Shown here piece by piece: positions 1-10,566 of a stretch of DNA of 64,000 bases. The stretch is from an uncultured bacterium (GTDB taxonomy: Bacteria; Patescibacteriota; Minisyncoccia; UBA6257; GWB1-50-10). The DNA lies in the NCBI GenBank assembly GCA_963713955.1, contig OY970216.1, positions 570,252-634,251 of the forward strand. The letters are read 5' to 3'. A program made the translations under genes and the position numbers. Position 1 is the stretch's first letter. Each line of letters begins with the position of its first letter. The notes under the pieces are model-generated. The model was not told the origin of the DNA and searched no databases. It worked only from the letters and a program-made list of their open reading frames with translations.

Positions 1-559
1 CAAAGTGACATACCTCCACAGCGACGTCGAAACACTGGACAGGATACGAATTCTCACAAAGCTCAGAAAAGGTGACATCGACGTCCTTGTGGGCGTGAAT
101 CTACTTCGCGAAGGATTGGACCTGCCGGAAGTGTCACTCGTGGCTATTTTGGATGCCGACAAGGAAGGATTTTTAAGAAGCGAGACGTCACTCATCCAAA
201 CGATTGGGCGCGCCGCAAGGAACGCCGAGGGTGAGGTTCTCATATACGCCGATAATATCACGGGCTCGATAGAGCGGGCGGTGAAAGAAACCGACCGCAG
301 GAGAAAACTCCAGATCACCTACAACAAAAAACACAACATTACGCCGAAGACAATCGTGAAGGAGATAAAGGATATTCTGCCGACGGAGGAGATCCTCGAC
401 CTCGAAACAAAGCCGCTCCCGAAGTCTAAGACGACACTCGAAAAGCTCATCAAACAGAAAGAACGGGAAATGAAAGAAGCGGCGGAACGTCTCGATTTTG
501 AATTAGCCGTGATCCTCCGGGACGAGATCAGGGTACTCAGCAAGAAAATAAAAAAATAA
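1..559 (+). CDS. uvrB: Excinuclease ABC subunit B, C-terminal part; the gene begins upstream of the window
   Basis: The translation shows the helicase C-terminal motif (QTIGRAARN) and the terminal UVR domain ([21 protein letters not shown]). The ORF is open to the window edge. Confidence 0.85.
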   Translation, partial: KVTYLHSDVETLDRIRILTKLRKGDIDVLVGVNLLREGLDLPEVSLVAILDADKEGFLRSETSLIQTIGRAARNAEGEVLIYADNITGSIERAVKETDRRRKLQITYNKKHNITPKTIVKEIKDILPTEEILDLETKPLPKSKTTLEKLIKQKEREMKEAAERLDFELAVILRDEIRVLSKKIKK

Positions 560-646
560 CCAATCGGCGTCCCAGCGAATTCCTCCTTTCAGAACCGCGG
601 TTCTCTTGCTCCAGCGGCAAGAGCCCGCTGCTTCTCAGCGAAAAAT

Positions 647-690
647 CCGCCTCTGCCGGCTGGCAGAGCGGCGGAACCAAGCTTTTTCGC
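647..690 (+). terminator. GC-rich hairpin (ccgcctctgcc...ggcagagcggcgg) followed by a T-run; candidate uvrB terminator
   Basis: An inverted repeat at 647-674 is followed by ctttttcg. Further palindromes lie upstream at 590-640. Confidence 0.35.
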
Positions 691-732
691 TTCCGTAAGC
701 TTCTTCAAGAAGGAATTCGCTGGAACTAAGCA

Positions 733-761
733 TCAAAACTGCAAAACAAATCGTATATAAT
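733..761 (+). promoter_or_regulatory. Sigma70-like promoter for hpf; the -10 TATAAT at 756-761 lies only 6 nt upstream of the ATG, so the transcript is probably leaderless
   Basis: The sequence tcgTATATAATtagtgtATG is present, with no Shine-Dalgarno sequence between the -10 box and the start codon. Confidence 0.35.
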
Positions 762-767
762 TAGTGT

Positions 768-1100
768 ATGAAAATAAACATTGAGAGCACGGGACTAGAT
801 TTGACGCCGTCGATAAAAACCTATATAGAGAGCAAACTGATACCCTTGGGGAGGATCATCAAGCGATTCGAAACGAAAGGGGAAATAACCGCATTCGTCG
901 AGGTGGGACGTTTCACCAAGCATCATAAGCACGGCGACGTTTTCCGAGCTTCCGTAGACATAGACCTGCCGGGGAAAAAACTCTTTGCCGGGAACGAGAA
1001 TATCGATCTCCGGACTGCCGTTGATGAGATTAAGAACAAGATCAAAGATGATCTCCAGAAATTCAAAGAAAAAACAGTGGACCAGAGCAAAAGAAAATAG
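768..1100 (+). CDS. hpf: Ribosome hibernation promoting factor / ribosome-associated inhibitor A (YfiA/HPF family)
   Basis: A 110-aa protein that begins MKINIES...IKTYIE..L and matches the sigma-54 modulation protein fold family. Confidence 0.8.
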   Translation: MKINIESTGLDLTPSIKTYIESKLIPLGRIIKRFETKGEITAFVEVGRFTKHHKHGDVFRASVDIDLPGKKLFAGNENIDLRTAVDEIKNKIKDDLQKFKEKTVDQSKRK

Positions 1101-1278
1101 TCTTGGCTTTGACTCCCGCCAAGTTTAGTACTAAACTGGCTGCATACCCTCTCAGGAAGCGAACCGAGGGGTAAATTGCGCTATGACCAACCCCGCACCA
1201 AAACGAGCGCTGCGTTTGTGCGGCTGCCGTCGAAGCGATACAAAGGCACTCATTTGGTGACGGGGCAGGTAAAATCAT

Positions 1279-3801
1279 ATGAAGGATAAAATCATTATTA
1301 AAGGGGCTCGTGAACATAATTTAAAAAACATAAACCTGGAAATTCCCAGGGACAAAATGATCGTCATGACGGGGCTTTCGGGATCCGGGAAATCGTCCCT
1401 GGCGTTCGACACGATCTTCGCCGAGGGACAGCGTCGGTACGTCGAATCACTCTCCGCCTACGCCCGGCAGTTCCTGGGCCGCCTCGACAAGCCGGACGTC
1501 GACGAAATCGAAGGGCTTTCGCCCGCCATCTCAATCGATCAGAAACATCACTCGGCGAACCCGCGTTCCACCGTCGCGACCATCACGGAAATCTACGACT
1601 ATCTCCGCGTCCTTTTCGCGCGCGTCGGCGTCCCACACTGCCCAATCTGCGGACGCGAAATCAAGAAAATGACACAGGAAGAAATCGTCGACATTGCTGT
1701 CCAGATATATAAGGAAACCAAGGACAAGCGTAATATGGTAATCTTGGCGCCTGTCGTAAGAGGCCGAAAAGGGGAATATTACCAAATGCTTTACGATTTC
1801 CTGAACGCCGGATTTTCTGAAGTCCGGATCGACGGAAAGCTTATGAGTCTCAGGGAACGGATTGACCTCAGCCGCTACAAGCAGCACTCGATCGATCTCG
1901 TTGTTGACCGGATACCGGCCGCCCTTGACTTCAGGAGCAAGGAAAACCGCCTCCGTCTTGCCGAAAGTGTCGAAAACGGCCTCAAATACGGCAACGACGT
2001 CGTGACCATCATCACGGACAAAGAGGTGTCCCTCTCCGCGAAATACACGTGCCCGAACGACGGATTCTCCTTCCCGGAAATAGAGCCGCGGCTTTTCTCG
2101 TTCAACAGTCCTTTCGGAGCCTGCGACACGTGCCACGGCCTCGGCGTCGAAAATCCCTGGTCGGAGAAAATATGCCCGACATGCCTCGGGAAGCGGCTCA
2201 AAGAGGAAAGTTTGAACGTCTTGATAGACGAAAAAAATATCGCCGAAGTGACCGCTTTTTCAATCGACGACTCATTCAACTTCTTCACGAAACTAGAAGT
2301 GAAGCTCAAAAAAAACGAGAGTTCGCTCGCCATCGCCGAAGTGCCGATGAAGGAAATCAAAAATCGCCTGAAGTTCATGATCGACGTAGGGCTTGAGTAT
2401 CTCACGCTCGACCGGAAGGCCGGCACCTTGTCCGGCGGCGAATCCCAACGAATCCGGCTCGCTTCCCAGATCGGATCGCGCCTCGTGGGAGCGCTTTATA
2501 TCCTCGACGAGCCGACCATTGGGCTCCACCAGAAGGACAACGCGAAACTTATTCAAACCCTCAAAAGCCTCCGCGATCTCGGAAACACCATCATCGTCGT
2601 CGAGCACGACGAAGAAACCATACGCGAATCGGACTACCTCGTGGACATCGGCCCCGGTGCCGGCATCCACGGCGGGAAGATCGTCGCCCAGGGACCCATC
2701 CCCGAAGTATTGAAAGATAAAGGACAAACTTCTCTGACCCTGGATTATCTAAGAGGTAAGGAATTCATCGGGGTCCCCAAAACAAGGAGAGCGGTCCCGA
2801 GGACTCACGAATATCTGAGAATTCAGGGCGCCACGGAAAACAATTTGAGAAACCTTGATATCGAGATCCCGCTTCGGAGATTTTCCCTCGTAACCGGCGT
2901 TTCCGGCTCAGGCAAATCGACACTCGTCTACGACGTGCTCTTCAAGAATTTGTCCAACAGGTTCAACGGATCGCATTTCAAGGCGGGGCAGTGCAAGGGA
3001 ATAACGGGAACGGAATACATCAATCGCGTCATCAATATTGACCAATCGCCGATCGGGCGCACGCCGCGTTCCAATCCGGCCACGTATGTCGGCGCTTGGG
3101 GACCGATCCGTGACCTCTTCGCTTCGACGCCCGACGCGCGGGTCCGAGGGTACAAACCGGGGCGGTTCAGCTTCAACGTCCGAGGCGGCCGGTGTGAGAA
3201 TTGCGAAGGCCACGGCGTGATCGCGATCGAGATGCACTTCCTCCCGACCGTTTATGTGACCTGCGATGTCTGCAAGGGCAAGCGTTTCGACCGGGAAACA
3301 CTGGAGGTCGAATACAAAGAGAAAAATATTTTCGACGTCCTCGAGATGACAATCGAAGAGGCAACGAAATTCTTTAATGACATTCCCTGGGTCTACGACA
3401 AATTGAAGATATTGAACGAAGTCGGCCTCGGCTATCTCAAGCTCGGCCAGTCAGCGACTACCTTGTCCGGCGGCGAAGCGCAACGAATCAAGCTCGGCGC
3501 TGAACTCGGCAAACGGGACACGAGGCGCACGCTCTATCTTCTGGATGAGCCGACGACCGGTCTTCACTTCGCCGACGTGAAAAAACTCATTGAAGTACTC
3601 CAGAAACTCGTTGAGCGAGGAAACACTGTCGTCGTCATCGAACATAACTTGGATGTCATAAAAACGGCCGATTGGATCATCGACCTCGGACCCGAAGGAG
3701 GGGAAAAAGGTGGCCGTCTCGTCGCCGCGGGCACCCCCGAGGCAATAACCAGGAAAGTCGGCAGTTTCACTGGAGAGTACCTGAAAAAAGTTTTAAAATA
3801 G
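1279..3801 (+). CDS. uvrA: Excinuclease ABC subunit A, short form of 840 aa
   Basis: Two ABC ATPase modules are present ([15 protein letters not shown] and VSGSGKSTL, with the signatures [12 protein letters not shown] and [11 protein letters not shown]). Zinc-finger cysteines are present (CPICG, CxxC). An SD sequence precedes the ATG. Confidence 0.9.
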   Translation: MKDKIIIKGAREHNLKNINLEIPRDKMIVMTGLSGSGKSSLAFDTIFAEGQRRYVESLSAYARQFLGRLDKPDVDEIEGLSPAISIDQKHHSANPRSTVATITEIYDYLRVLFARVGVPHCPICGREIKKMTQEEIVDIAVQIYKETKDKRNMVILAPVVRGRKGEYYQMLYDFLNAGFSEVRIDGKLMSLRERIDLSRYKQHSIDLVVDRIPAALDFRSKENRLRLAESVENGLKYGNDVVTIITDKEVSLSAKYTCPNDGFSFPEIEPRLFSFNSPFGACDTCHGLGVENPWSEKICPTCLGKRLKEESLNVLIDEKNIAEVTAFSIDDSFNFFTKLEVKLKKNESSLAIAEVPMKEIKNRLKFMIDVGLEYLTLDRKAGTLSGGESQRIRLASQIGSRLVGALYILDEPTIGLHQKDNAKLIQTLKSLRDLGNTIIVVEHDEETIRESDYLVDIGPGAGIHGGKIVAQGPIPEVLKDKGQTSLTLDYLRGKEFIGVPKTRRAVPRTHEYLRIQGATENNLRNLDIEIPLRRFSLVTGVSGSGKSTLVYDVLFKNLSNRFNGSHFKAGQCKGITGTEYINRVINIDQSPIGRTPRSNPATYVGAWGPIRDLFASTPDARVRGYKPGRFSFNVRGGRCENCEGHGVIAIEMHFLPTVYVTCDVCKGKRFDRETLEVEYKEKNIFDVLEMTIEEATKFFNDIPWVYDKLKILNEVGLGYLKLGQSATTLSGGEAQRIKLGAELGKRDTRRTLYLLDEPTTGLHFADVKKLIEVLQKLVERGNTVVVIEHNLDVIKTADWIIDLGPEGGEKGGRLVAAGTPEAITRKVGSFTGEYLKKVLK

Positions 3802-3807
3802 ATAGGT

Positions 3808-4668
3808 ATGGTAAAACCTAAAACGATAGGTTTGGCGCTGGGGGGTGGGGGAGCCAAGGGACTAGCTCATATCGGCGTCTTGAAGACACTCCTCAGGGCC
3901 GGATTCAAAATCGATTACCTCGCAGGCACAAGCATGGGATCCCTTATCGGCGGGCTCTACGCCGCGACGGAGGATATCAACTTCATAGAAAATCTGTTCC
4001 TTGAAATAGCAGAAAAATATGCATTCCACCGGAAGCATTTGCGAAAGAAGGGTGGCATGTTTTTTAAGGACGAGAAGATCGTAGAGGAACTCCTCTCCGA
4101 GAAAATAGACGGCCTTGATATCAAAAACACGAAAATCCCATTTAAGGCCATTGCGACTGACGTCAAGAAAGGTGATGAAGTGGTGATGGAAAGAGGGAGC
4201 CTTGTTGAAGCCATCAAAGCGAGTTCCGCCATGCCGGTTGCCTTCAATCCCGTCGAGATAGACGGAAGACTTCTCATGGACGGCGGATTCGTAAATCCGA
4301 TTCCCGTGGACGTCGTGAAGGAAATGGGAGCCGAATTCGTAATCGGCGTCGACGTCTCAAGCAAGTGGCCAAACATAGAGGAAGAAAGTTTCTCGATCCA
4401 CGGAATCAAATCGATCATCATCGACGCATTCTCAGCTCTGGAATATCAGGTAGCCAAGGAGAGAATCAAGAGCGCCGATTTCATGCTCCACCCTGCAATC
4501 CTGAGCTACCACTGGGATGATTTCCGACTGGCGGAAGAAATAATAGAAAAAGGAGTGAATGAAACGGCGAACAATATCGGCGAAATAAGAGCGGCAACCC
4601 ATTATCCCAAGCCGGTGAAAAAACCTCTCCAAAGTTTTATCGATTTCATCTCAGGAAACGACTACTGA
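3808..4668 (+). CDS. Patatin-like phospholipase
   Basis: The oxyanion-hole motif GGGGAKG and the nucleophile elbow GTSMG (GxSxG) are present, and a catalytic Asp occurs in the DGG motif. The gene ends with TGA. Confidence 0.8.
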   Translation: MVKPKTIGLALGGGGAKGLAHIGVLKTLLRAGFKIDYLAGTSMGSLIGGLYAATEDINFIENLFLEIAEKYAFHRKHLRKKGGMFFKDEKIVEELLSEKIDGLDIKNTKIPFKAIATDVKKGDEVVMERGSLVEAIKASSAMPVAFNPVEIDGRLLMDGGFVNPIPVDVVKEMGAEFVIGVDVSSKWPNIEEESFSIHGIKSIIIDAFSALEYQVAKERIKSADFMLHPAILSYHWDDFRLAEEIIEKGVNETANNIGEIRAATHYPKPVKKPLQSFIDFISGNDY

Positions 4669-4672
4669 GGCG

Positions 4673-4830
4673 CAAGCAGCTGATACGTTCTTCAGACACG
4701 CGTCGGTCCGCCCCAGCCGGCGGACCACGCTCGACCTCGTCCTCACTCTTCTGCCTTACTGGCAGAAACCATGCCCGCTCGGACTCCGCACGGTCTTCAA
4801 AACATATCAGCTGCTTGCTTTTTTATTTTT
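4673..4830 (+). repeat. Structured intergenic element: a 14-bp perfect inverted repeat (gcaagcagctgata / tatcagctgcttgc) encloses a 118-nt GC-rich segment and ends in a T-run
   Basis: The repeat arms lie at 4673-4686 and 4805-4818. Inner perfect hairpins are ggtccgcc/ggcggacc and ctgcc/ggcag. The element is followed by ttttttattttt. Confidence 0.45.
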
Positions 4831-4847
4831 AAAGGGAAAAATTATAG

Positions 4848-6077
4848 ATGATGAAATTGTACGAAAAGCTGCCCGATACTCCCGGTGTCTACACCATGGA
4901 AGACGCCAGCGGCCGGATTCTTTACATCGGCAAAGCCGTCAATTTGAAGCGGCGAGTTTCGAGCTACTTCCTGAAGCCGCACGATGCGCGGATTGAAAGT
5001 CTCGTGAAAGAGATTAAGAAAATTGATTTTAAGAAAACCGACACCGCGATTGAAGCACTCATCCTGGAGTCAGAACTGATAAAAAAGCACCAGCCGCCGT
5101 TCAATGTCAAGGAAAAGGACGACAAGAGTTTTCTCTATGTCGGGATAACCACGGAGAAATTTCCTCGCGTCCTCTTAATCCGCGGCAAAGACATCGGCCA
5201 AACAAAAGAGTTCAGGGTCGTCCACGGGCCATTCACGTCCGCTTCGAGCATTCGCGAAGCCCTCCGGATCATAAGAAAAATCTTCCCGTACGCGACGCAT
5301 CCAGAACCCAAGAGATCACAAGTGAGGGCTTGCTTCGACTACCAAATCGGCCTTTGCCCGGGAACGTGCATCGGCGCGATCTCGCAGAAGGATTATATGA
5401 AAAACATCAGGAACATCGAACTTTTCTTCAGTGGAAAAAAAGAAAGGATCATCAAAAATTTGGAGCGCGAGATGAAAACGGCGAGTAAGATGTTGAATTT
5501 CGAGCGAGCGGGGGAATTGAAGCGCCAACTTTTCGCTCTCCAACACATTCAGGACGTTGCAGTCATCAAGGGAGACGAGATATCCGATACTCGAAATTCG
5601 AAATTAGAAGTTAGAAATTCCACGAAGCGGATAGAGGGTTATGATATATCGAATATCTCGGGTACTTCGGCCGTAGGCTCGATGGTCGTTTTCACCGACG
5701 GGAAACCAGACAAAAAAGAATACCGCAAATTCAAGATACGAACCGTTCTCCAACCGAACGATTTCGGGATGCTCCGGGAAGTCCTAGAAAGACGCCTGAA
5801 AAGAATTCCGCCGGCTGGCGGATGGCCGTTGCCCGACCTGTTTCTGATAGACGGCGGCAAAGGGCAAGTCAGCGCCGTGAAGAGCGTCATCCGAAAGGCG
5901 GGATTAAAAACGCCCGTCGTCGGGATCGCGAAGGGCCCGGAACGGAAGCGGAACGACATCGTGGGAAAGATTCCCGACTTCACAGATCTCCAAACACTCG
6001 TAAAAGTACGAGACGAAGCTCATCGCTTCGCCATCACCTACCACAAGAAAGTGAGGGAATATAATTTCCTGAAATAG
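4848..6077 (+). CDS. uvrC: Excinuclease ABC subunit C, short form (GIY-YIG + UVR + endonuclease domains; no C-terminal HhH domain)
   Basis: A GIY-YIG motif (GVYTMEDASGRILYIGKAVNLKRRV) is present. A UVR domain follows (FERAGELKRQLFALQHI), then the EndoV-like region (IEGYDISN). The protein is 409 aa, whereas canonical UvrC is about 600 aa. Confidence 0.8.
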   Translation: MMKLYEKLPDTPGVYTMEDASGRILYIGKAVNLKRRVSSYFLKPHDARIESLVKEIKKIDFKKTDTAIEALILESELIKKHQPPFNVKEKDDKSFLYVGITTEKFPRVLLIRGKDIGQTKEFRVVHGPFTSASSIREALRIIRKIFPYATHPEPKRSQVRACFDYQIGLCPGTCIGAISQKDYMKNIRNIELFFSGKKERIIKNLEREMKTASKMLNFERAGELKRQLFALQHIQDVAVIKGDEISDTRNSKLEVRNSTKRIEGYDISNISGTSAVGSMVVFTDGKPDKKEYRKFKIRTVLQPNDFGMLREVLERRLKRIPPAGGWPLPDLFLIDGGKGQVSAVKSVIRKAGLKTPVVGIAKGPERKRNDIVGKIPDFTDLQTLVKVRDEAHRFAITYHKKVREYNFLK

Positions 6078-6079
6078 GT

Positions 6080-6418
6080 TTATCCCCGCCGGTACTCCGC
6101 GAGGGATTTTTCAACTCTTTCTTTGACTTTCCCGATCGTCTCTGCCGAAACTTTCTCGCTCGGCACCAACTGAGTGTCCAGCTCCGTTTCGATGCTCACC
6201 ATCAACCGCTCCACATATTCACTGCCAAACCCCCGCACGCGTTCCAGCGCATCCACCACCATTTTATTCAATTCCTTCCCGACCACATCAGGATCAACTC
6301 CTGCCTCCAAAGCTCCACGGTAGTTCTTCATAAAAGCCTCAATGAGATCCTGTGAAATCTCATCGGGAGAAACCGCTGGTTCTTCAAGGCTCTCGCTAAA
6401 ATTACCCTCCCTGCTCAT
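6080..6418 (-). CDS. Hypothetical acidic protein (112 aa)
   Basis: A clean ORF with no recognisable motifs. Confidence 0.35.
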   Translation of the reverse strand: MSREGNFSESLEEPAVSPDEISQDLIEAFMKNYRGALEAGVDPDVVGKELNKMVVDALERVRGFGSEYVERLMVSIETELDTQLVPSEKVSAETIGKVKERVEKSLAEYRRG

Positions 6419-6457
6419 AACATTTTTATTGTATCACTATTTCAAAGCAAGAGCAAC

Positions 6458-7546
6458 CTAGAGCACTGGTTTATACTCCTTCTTCCTAAAAAAGTAACCC
6501 TCAAGGGAATATCCGTCGTACCCGTAGAAGATGTAGGCGATGGGGATTCCAATGAGGATAAGATGGGGCCACACGATCTCTCCGAAAAAAATCAAGGAAA
6601 GCGTGAGCCAAAAAAGGAAAAAAAGCGACGTGAAACGAATCTCGAATCCCAGGATGAAAAAGAGACCGATGAGGAGTTCGATAATGGCTGCACCGAGGAC
6701 GAGAAAGTGCGGTTCGAAACCGAGAATCTTATCGAGGTGGTACTCTTGAACAGTAAAAAGCGCCAGATTGTTGTGGATGATCTTGGCGTACGCGGAGGCG
6801 TAGATAAGCGCGACGCCGAAAAGAACGCGCAGAATCGCGAAACTACGGGGGACCAGGTACTGCTTGATTTTAGAAAACCAAGTTACAGTCGTTGGTTTTG
6901 TGTTCTTCACTTTTCCATGCTGAGCGGTGAAATGAGCATCAAGGCTCAAGCCGTGAGCGCCAAGGACGAGGAGAACGATGATCTCACCAAGATAATTCAC
7001 ATACGTGAGCATATAAACGCCATGGAACCAAATGGTAAAACCGAAGATTACGAGGGCGACGAAAGCAGCCGGTCGAACCCAAAGACCGATGATAGCTAAA
7101 ATTCCGAGAATGGCGAATATAACCGTTACGACGCTAGAAAACTGTCCGAAGGTGGATGACAACGGCAGTTCGGGTCCGAAGGTTGCTTGGTAATAAGCGC
7201 AAGCGAGGAAAGAAATGCCGATGGCCAGTCGAGCAATGAATGGCGCATATTTCTTTATCTTCATAAAAATCGGACTGAGCCGGCGCTCGAGAAAGCGCAG
7301 GGTTGAAATGAAGAAAACGCAGAAGATAGTGAAAATCGCGATGAAAGCCCAAAAGACGAATTGATGCAAGTTCTGAATAGCGACATCAAGGAGACTAAAC
7401 GAGGGCGCGTCGACAGCCCGCACAATTGATGAGGAGGAGAGGACATACACCTCGTGCGCGGAAGCAGCGGGCGCCAAAAACAAAAAGAGCATCGTCATGA
7501 ACGCTGCCCCCCCGAAGCAAATAAACAATCGTCTTTTCCTTCCCAT
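6458..7546 (-). CDS. Polytopic membrane protein, DoxX-like
   Basis: The protein has about 9 predicted transmembrane helices and an N-terminal signal-like segment. The C-terminal half resembles DoxX/DoxD-family membrane proteins. Confidence 0.4.
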   Translation of the reverse strand: MGRKRRLFICFGGAAFMTMLFLFLAPAASAHEVYVLSSSSIVRAVDAPSFSLLDVAIQNLHQFVFWAFIAIFTIFCVFFISTLRFLERRLSPIFMKIKKYAPFIARLAIGISFLACAYYQATFGPELPLSSTFGQFSSVVTVIFAILGILAIIGLWVRPAAFVALVIFGFTIWFHGVYMLTYVNYLGEIIVLLVLGAHGLSLDAHFTAQHGKVKNTKPTTVTWFSKIKQYLVPRSFAILRVLFGVALIYASAYAKIIHNNLALFTVQEYHLDKILGFEPHFLVLGAAIIELLIGLFFILGFEIRFTSLFFLFWLTLSLIFFGEIVWPHLILIGIPIAYIFYGYDGYSLEGYFFRKKEYKPVL

Positions 7547-7610
7547 CTCTTTCCATTATAAACCATAAAATTTTTGACAACAGGGGAAAACTCTGGTTCA
7601 ATAAGGCGTC

Positions 7611-9458
7611 ATGGTAACCGAACGGAAAGATATCAGAAATATCGCAATAATAGCGCATGTCGATCACGGCAAGACTACGCTGGTTGACGCGCTTTTGAAG
7701 CAGTCCGAAGGGTTCAAAATGAAAGGGGATGCACCCCAGGACCTCATCATGGATTCGAACGAGCTGGAACGGGAGCGGGGAATCACCATATTTTCCAAGA
7801 ACGCCGCGGTGCACTATAAAGGCGTGAAAATCAACATCGTGGACACGCCGGGCCACGCCGACTTCGGCGGGGAAGTGGAGCGCATTATGCGCATGGTGGA
7901 CGGCGTTTTGCTTCTCATCGACGCCAAGGAAGGCCCGATGCCCCAGACGAAATTCGTGCTCCGGAAAGCGATCCAAGCGGGACACAAGGTAATTCTCATC
8001 GTGAACAAAATCGACAAGCCGGACGCACGCCCCGAGTGGGTTTTGAACGCCACGTACGATCTATTCATAGAACTCGGCGCGACGGAAGAACAGATAGAAT
8101 TCCCGGTAATTTACGCTTCGGCGATCAAGGGCAAAGCCGGATTAAAGCCTGATCTCGACGGGATGAAGGACGTGGAGCCCGTTTTCGACGCCATCCTTTC
8201 GTATATTCCGGCCCCCGCGATCGACGATTCGAAACCTCTCCAGATGCTCACCGTGAACCTCGTCTACGACAATTACAAAGGTAAGGTCGCCGTGGGACGC
8301 TTGTACTCCGGAACCTTGAAAAAGGGGACGACCGTGGCCCACATCACGCGGAACGGAGAAATCAAGAAAGAACAGCTGAGCGCTGTCATGCTCTTCGACG
8401 GCCTCGCCCGCGTGGACGTGGATACAGCCGAGGCGGGCGACATCGTGGCCGTTGCGGGAATTCCCGACATTTCGATCGGCGAGACCATCGCCGATTCAGA
8501 AAACCCCGTCGCACTCCCCATAATCAAGATCGACGAACCGACGATAAAAATGACGTTCAGCGTGAACACTTCGCCATTCGCCGGCCAAGACGGAACCTAC
8601 ACGACTTCGAGAAACATAAAAGAACGGCTGGAGCACGAGCTCGAGACCGACGTCGCGCTTTCCGTGACCCCGACTGACTCCTTCGACCGCTGGGTGGTTG
8701 CCGGGAGGGGGGAACTCCATCTTGCCATCCTCATCGAGAAAATGCGGCGGGAAGGATTCGAAATGGAAGTTTCGAAACCGCAGGTTATTTTTAAGGAAGA
8801 TCCATCAGGCGGCGGAGGAAAAAAACTCGAGCCGATCGAACTCGTCTCGATAGAGATTCCAGAGGCTTATTCCGGCACGATCATAGAGATGATGGGCAAA
8901 CGTCTAGGAATCATGAAGGATATGAGAGTTGACAATGGAACGGCCTTCATGGATTTCGCGATCCCCACGAGAGGTCTCATCGGCATACGAAACAGGTTCC
9001 TAACTTCAACCAAAGGAACGGGAATCATGAACAGCATCTTCCTGGGATATGAGCCGTATAAAGGTGACCTGAACAGCGAGGAACACGGCTCGATCGTGAA
9101 TACCGAAATCGGAACGACCAACAACTACGGCCTCGTGGCCGCCCAGGGGAGAGGAAAGCTCTTCGTCGAAGCCGGCATCCAGGCCTACGAAGGGATGGTA
9201 GTAGGCATGAACGCCAAGGCGGGCGACGTCCTCGTGAACGCCTGCCGGACGAGAGAACTCACCAACTTCAGGGCCAAGAATGAGGGTCTTCAGGACCAGC
9301 TCGAAGTGCCTCTGAAACTAACACTTGAGGATGCTTTGAACTACATCGGCGATGACGAATTGGTTGAAATAACGCCGAAAAACATACGGATCCGGAAGAT
9401 GTTTTTGACCGAAAACGAGAGAAGGAAGGCAAGAAGAGAGGAAAAAGACCGGCAGTGA
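7611..9458 (+). CDS. typA: Translational GTPase TypA/BipA
   Basis: The N-terminus reads IRNIAIIAHVDHGKTTLVD with the G-motifs DTPGHADF and NKID. The length of 615 aa is typical of BipA. Confidence 0.9.
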   Translation: MVTERKDIRNIAIIAHVDHGKTTLVDALLKQSEGFKMKGDAPQDLIMDSNELERERGITIFSKNAAVHYKGVKINIVDTPGHADFGGEVERIMRMVDGVLLLIDAKEGPMPQTKFVLRKAIQAGHKVILIVNKIDKPDARPEWVLNATYDLFIELGATEEQIEFPVIYASAIKGKAGLKPDLDGMKDVEPVFDAILSYIPAPAIDDSKPLQMLTVNLVYDNYKGKVAVGRLYSGTLKKGTTVAHITRNGEIKKEQLSAVMLFDGLARVDVDTAEAGDIVAVAGIPDISIGETIADSENPVALPIIKIDEPTIKMTFSVNTSPFAGQDGTYTTSRNIKERLEHELETDVALSVTPTDSFDRWVVAGRGELHLAILIEKMRREGFEMEVSKPQVIFKEDPSGGGGKKLEPIELVSIEIPEAYSGTIIEMMGKRLGIMKDMRVDNGTAFMDFAIPTRGLIGIRNRFLTSTKGTGIMNSIFLGYEPYKGDLNSEEHGSIVNTEIGTTNNYGLVAAQGRGKLFVEAGIQAYEGMVVGMNAKAGDVLVNACRTRELTNFRAKNEGLQDQLEVPLKLTLEDALNYIGDDELVEITPKNIRIRKMFLTENERRKARREEKDRQ

Positions 9459-9496
9459 TATAATCAGGTAAGTAGCATAGAAAGGAGGGAAAAGAT

Positions 9497-9766
9497 ATGA
9501 AAATATCTTTTCGCATGAATCGCAGCAGGTTGGAACAGATCTTAGAAATAAACGAGGCGGCAACATCGATAGAAGACCTGATAATAAAGGTCAACAGCCG
9601 CGTGGCTAGTAATTTCTATCGCAATGACCTCCTCTTGTTCGACTTCGACAACACGGGAGTAAAAACGGAAGGGGAAGAGATAAAGATAACCTTCGTAGTT
9701 ACCACTTTTTCCAAAGCCGTTTTCCACTTCATCGCCGGAAAGATCAGAGAATTGTTTCCAGCCTAA
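9497..9766 (+). CDS. Hypothetical protein (89 aa)
   Basis: A strong SD (aaaggaggg) precedes the ATG. A 9-bp hairpin (agagggctt/aagccctct) lies after the stop. Confidence 0.4.
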   Translation: MKISFRMNRSRLEQILEINEAATSIEDLIIKVNSRVASNFYRNDLLLFDFDNTGVKTEGEEIKITFVVTTFSKAVFHFIAGKIRELFPA

Positions 9767-9810
9767 AAGAGGGCTTGTTCTAAACCAATAAGCCCTCTAA
9801 AATATAGTGA

Positions 9811-10566
9811 ATGTCCATTTATTACACAGCCCAGAGAAAAACGAGAATATTCGATCCGGCGGCGAAAGAACCGTTCCTGATATCGCGGAGCGGGATAGAA
9901 CTCTTCATGGAATGCCCCCGCTGCTTTTACCTGGATAAGAGAAAAGGCGTCGCGCGGCCGAACGGGTTTCCGTTCAGCCTGAACAACGCTGTCGACGCAC
10001 TGTTGAAAAAAGAATTCGACGTCCACCGGACCGCCGGATCTAAGCATCCTCTTGTGAAGGCATACGGCATCGATGCCATCCCGTACGCCGACGAAAGGCT
10101 AGAAGAATGGCGCGACTCGCGAACGCGAGGCGTAAAATTCGTCCATGAGCCGACCAATCTCGCCATCCACGGCGGGATCGACGACGTCTGGGTGAACCCG
10201 AAAGGGGAGCTTCACGTCGTCGACTACAAAGCGACATCAAAGAGCGGGGAAGTGAGTTTAGATGCAGATTGGCAGATATCGTACAAGCGCCAGGTGGAAG
10301 TGTATCAGTGGCTTTTCCGACGGAACGGATTTAAGGTGTCCGATACTGCGTACTTCGTGTATTGCAACGGCAATGCCGACAAGGAGGCTTTCGACGGCAA
10401 GTTGGAATTCGACGTGAAAATTATCCCGTATGACGGGAATGATGAATGGATTGAGAAGGCTTTGAGCGACATAAAAAAATGCTTGATGGCCGATAATATT
10501 CCCGACCCAGACCCGGATTGCGATTACTGCAAATACCGATTCGCCATGCATAAAGTGGAAAAATAA
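9811..10566 (+). CDS. PD-(D/E)XK nuclease-superfamily protein, Cas4/RecB-like, with putative Fe-S cysteines
   Basis: The RecB-nuclease motifs are present: GGIDDV (D), VVDYK (D/ExK) and QVEVYQW (QxxxY). An N-terminal CPRC and C-terminal C...CDYC give a Cas4-like cysteine arrangement. No CRISPR context is present. Confidence 0.5.
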   Translation: MSIYYTAQRKTRIFDPAAKEPFLISRSGIELFMECPRCFYLDKRKGVARPNGFPFSLNNAVDALLKKEFDVHRTAGSKHPLVKAYGIDAIPYADERLEEWRDSRTRGVKFVHEPTNLAIHGGIDDVWVNPKGELHVVDYKATSKSGEVSLDADWQISYKRQVEVYQWLFRRNGFKVSDTAYFVYCNGNADKEAFDGKLEFDVKIIPYDGNDEWIEKALSDIKKCLMADNIPDPDPDCDYCKYRFAMHKVEK

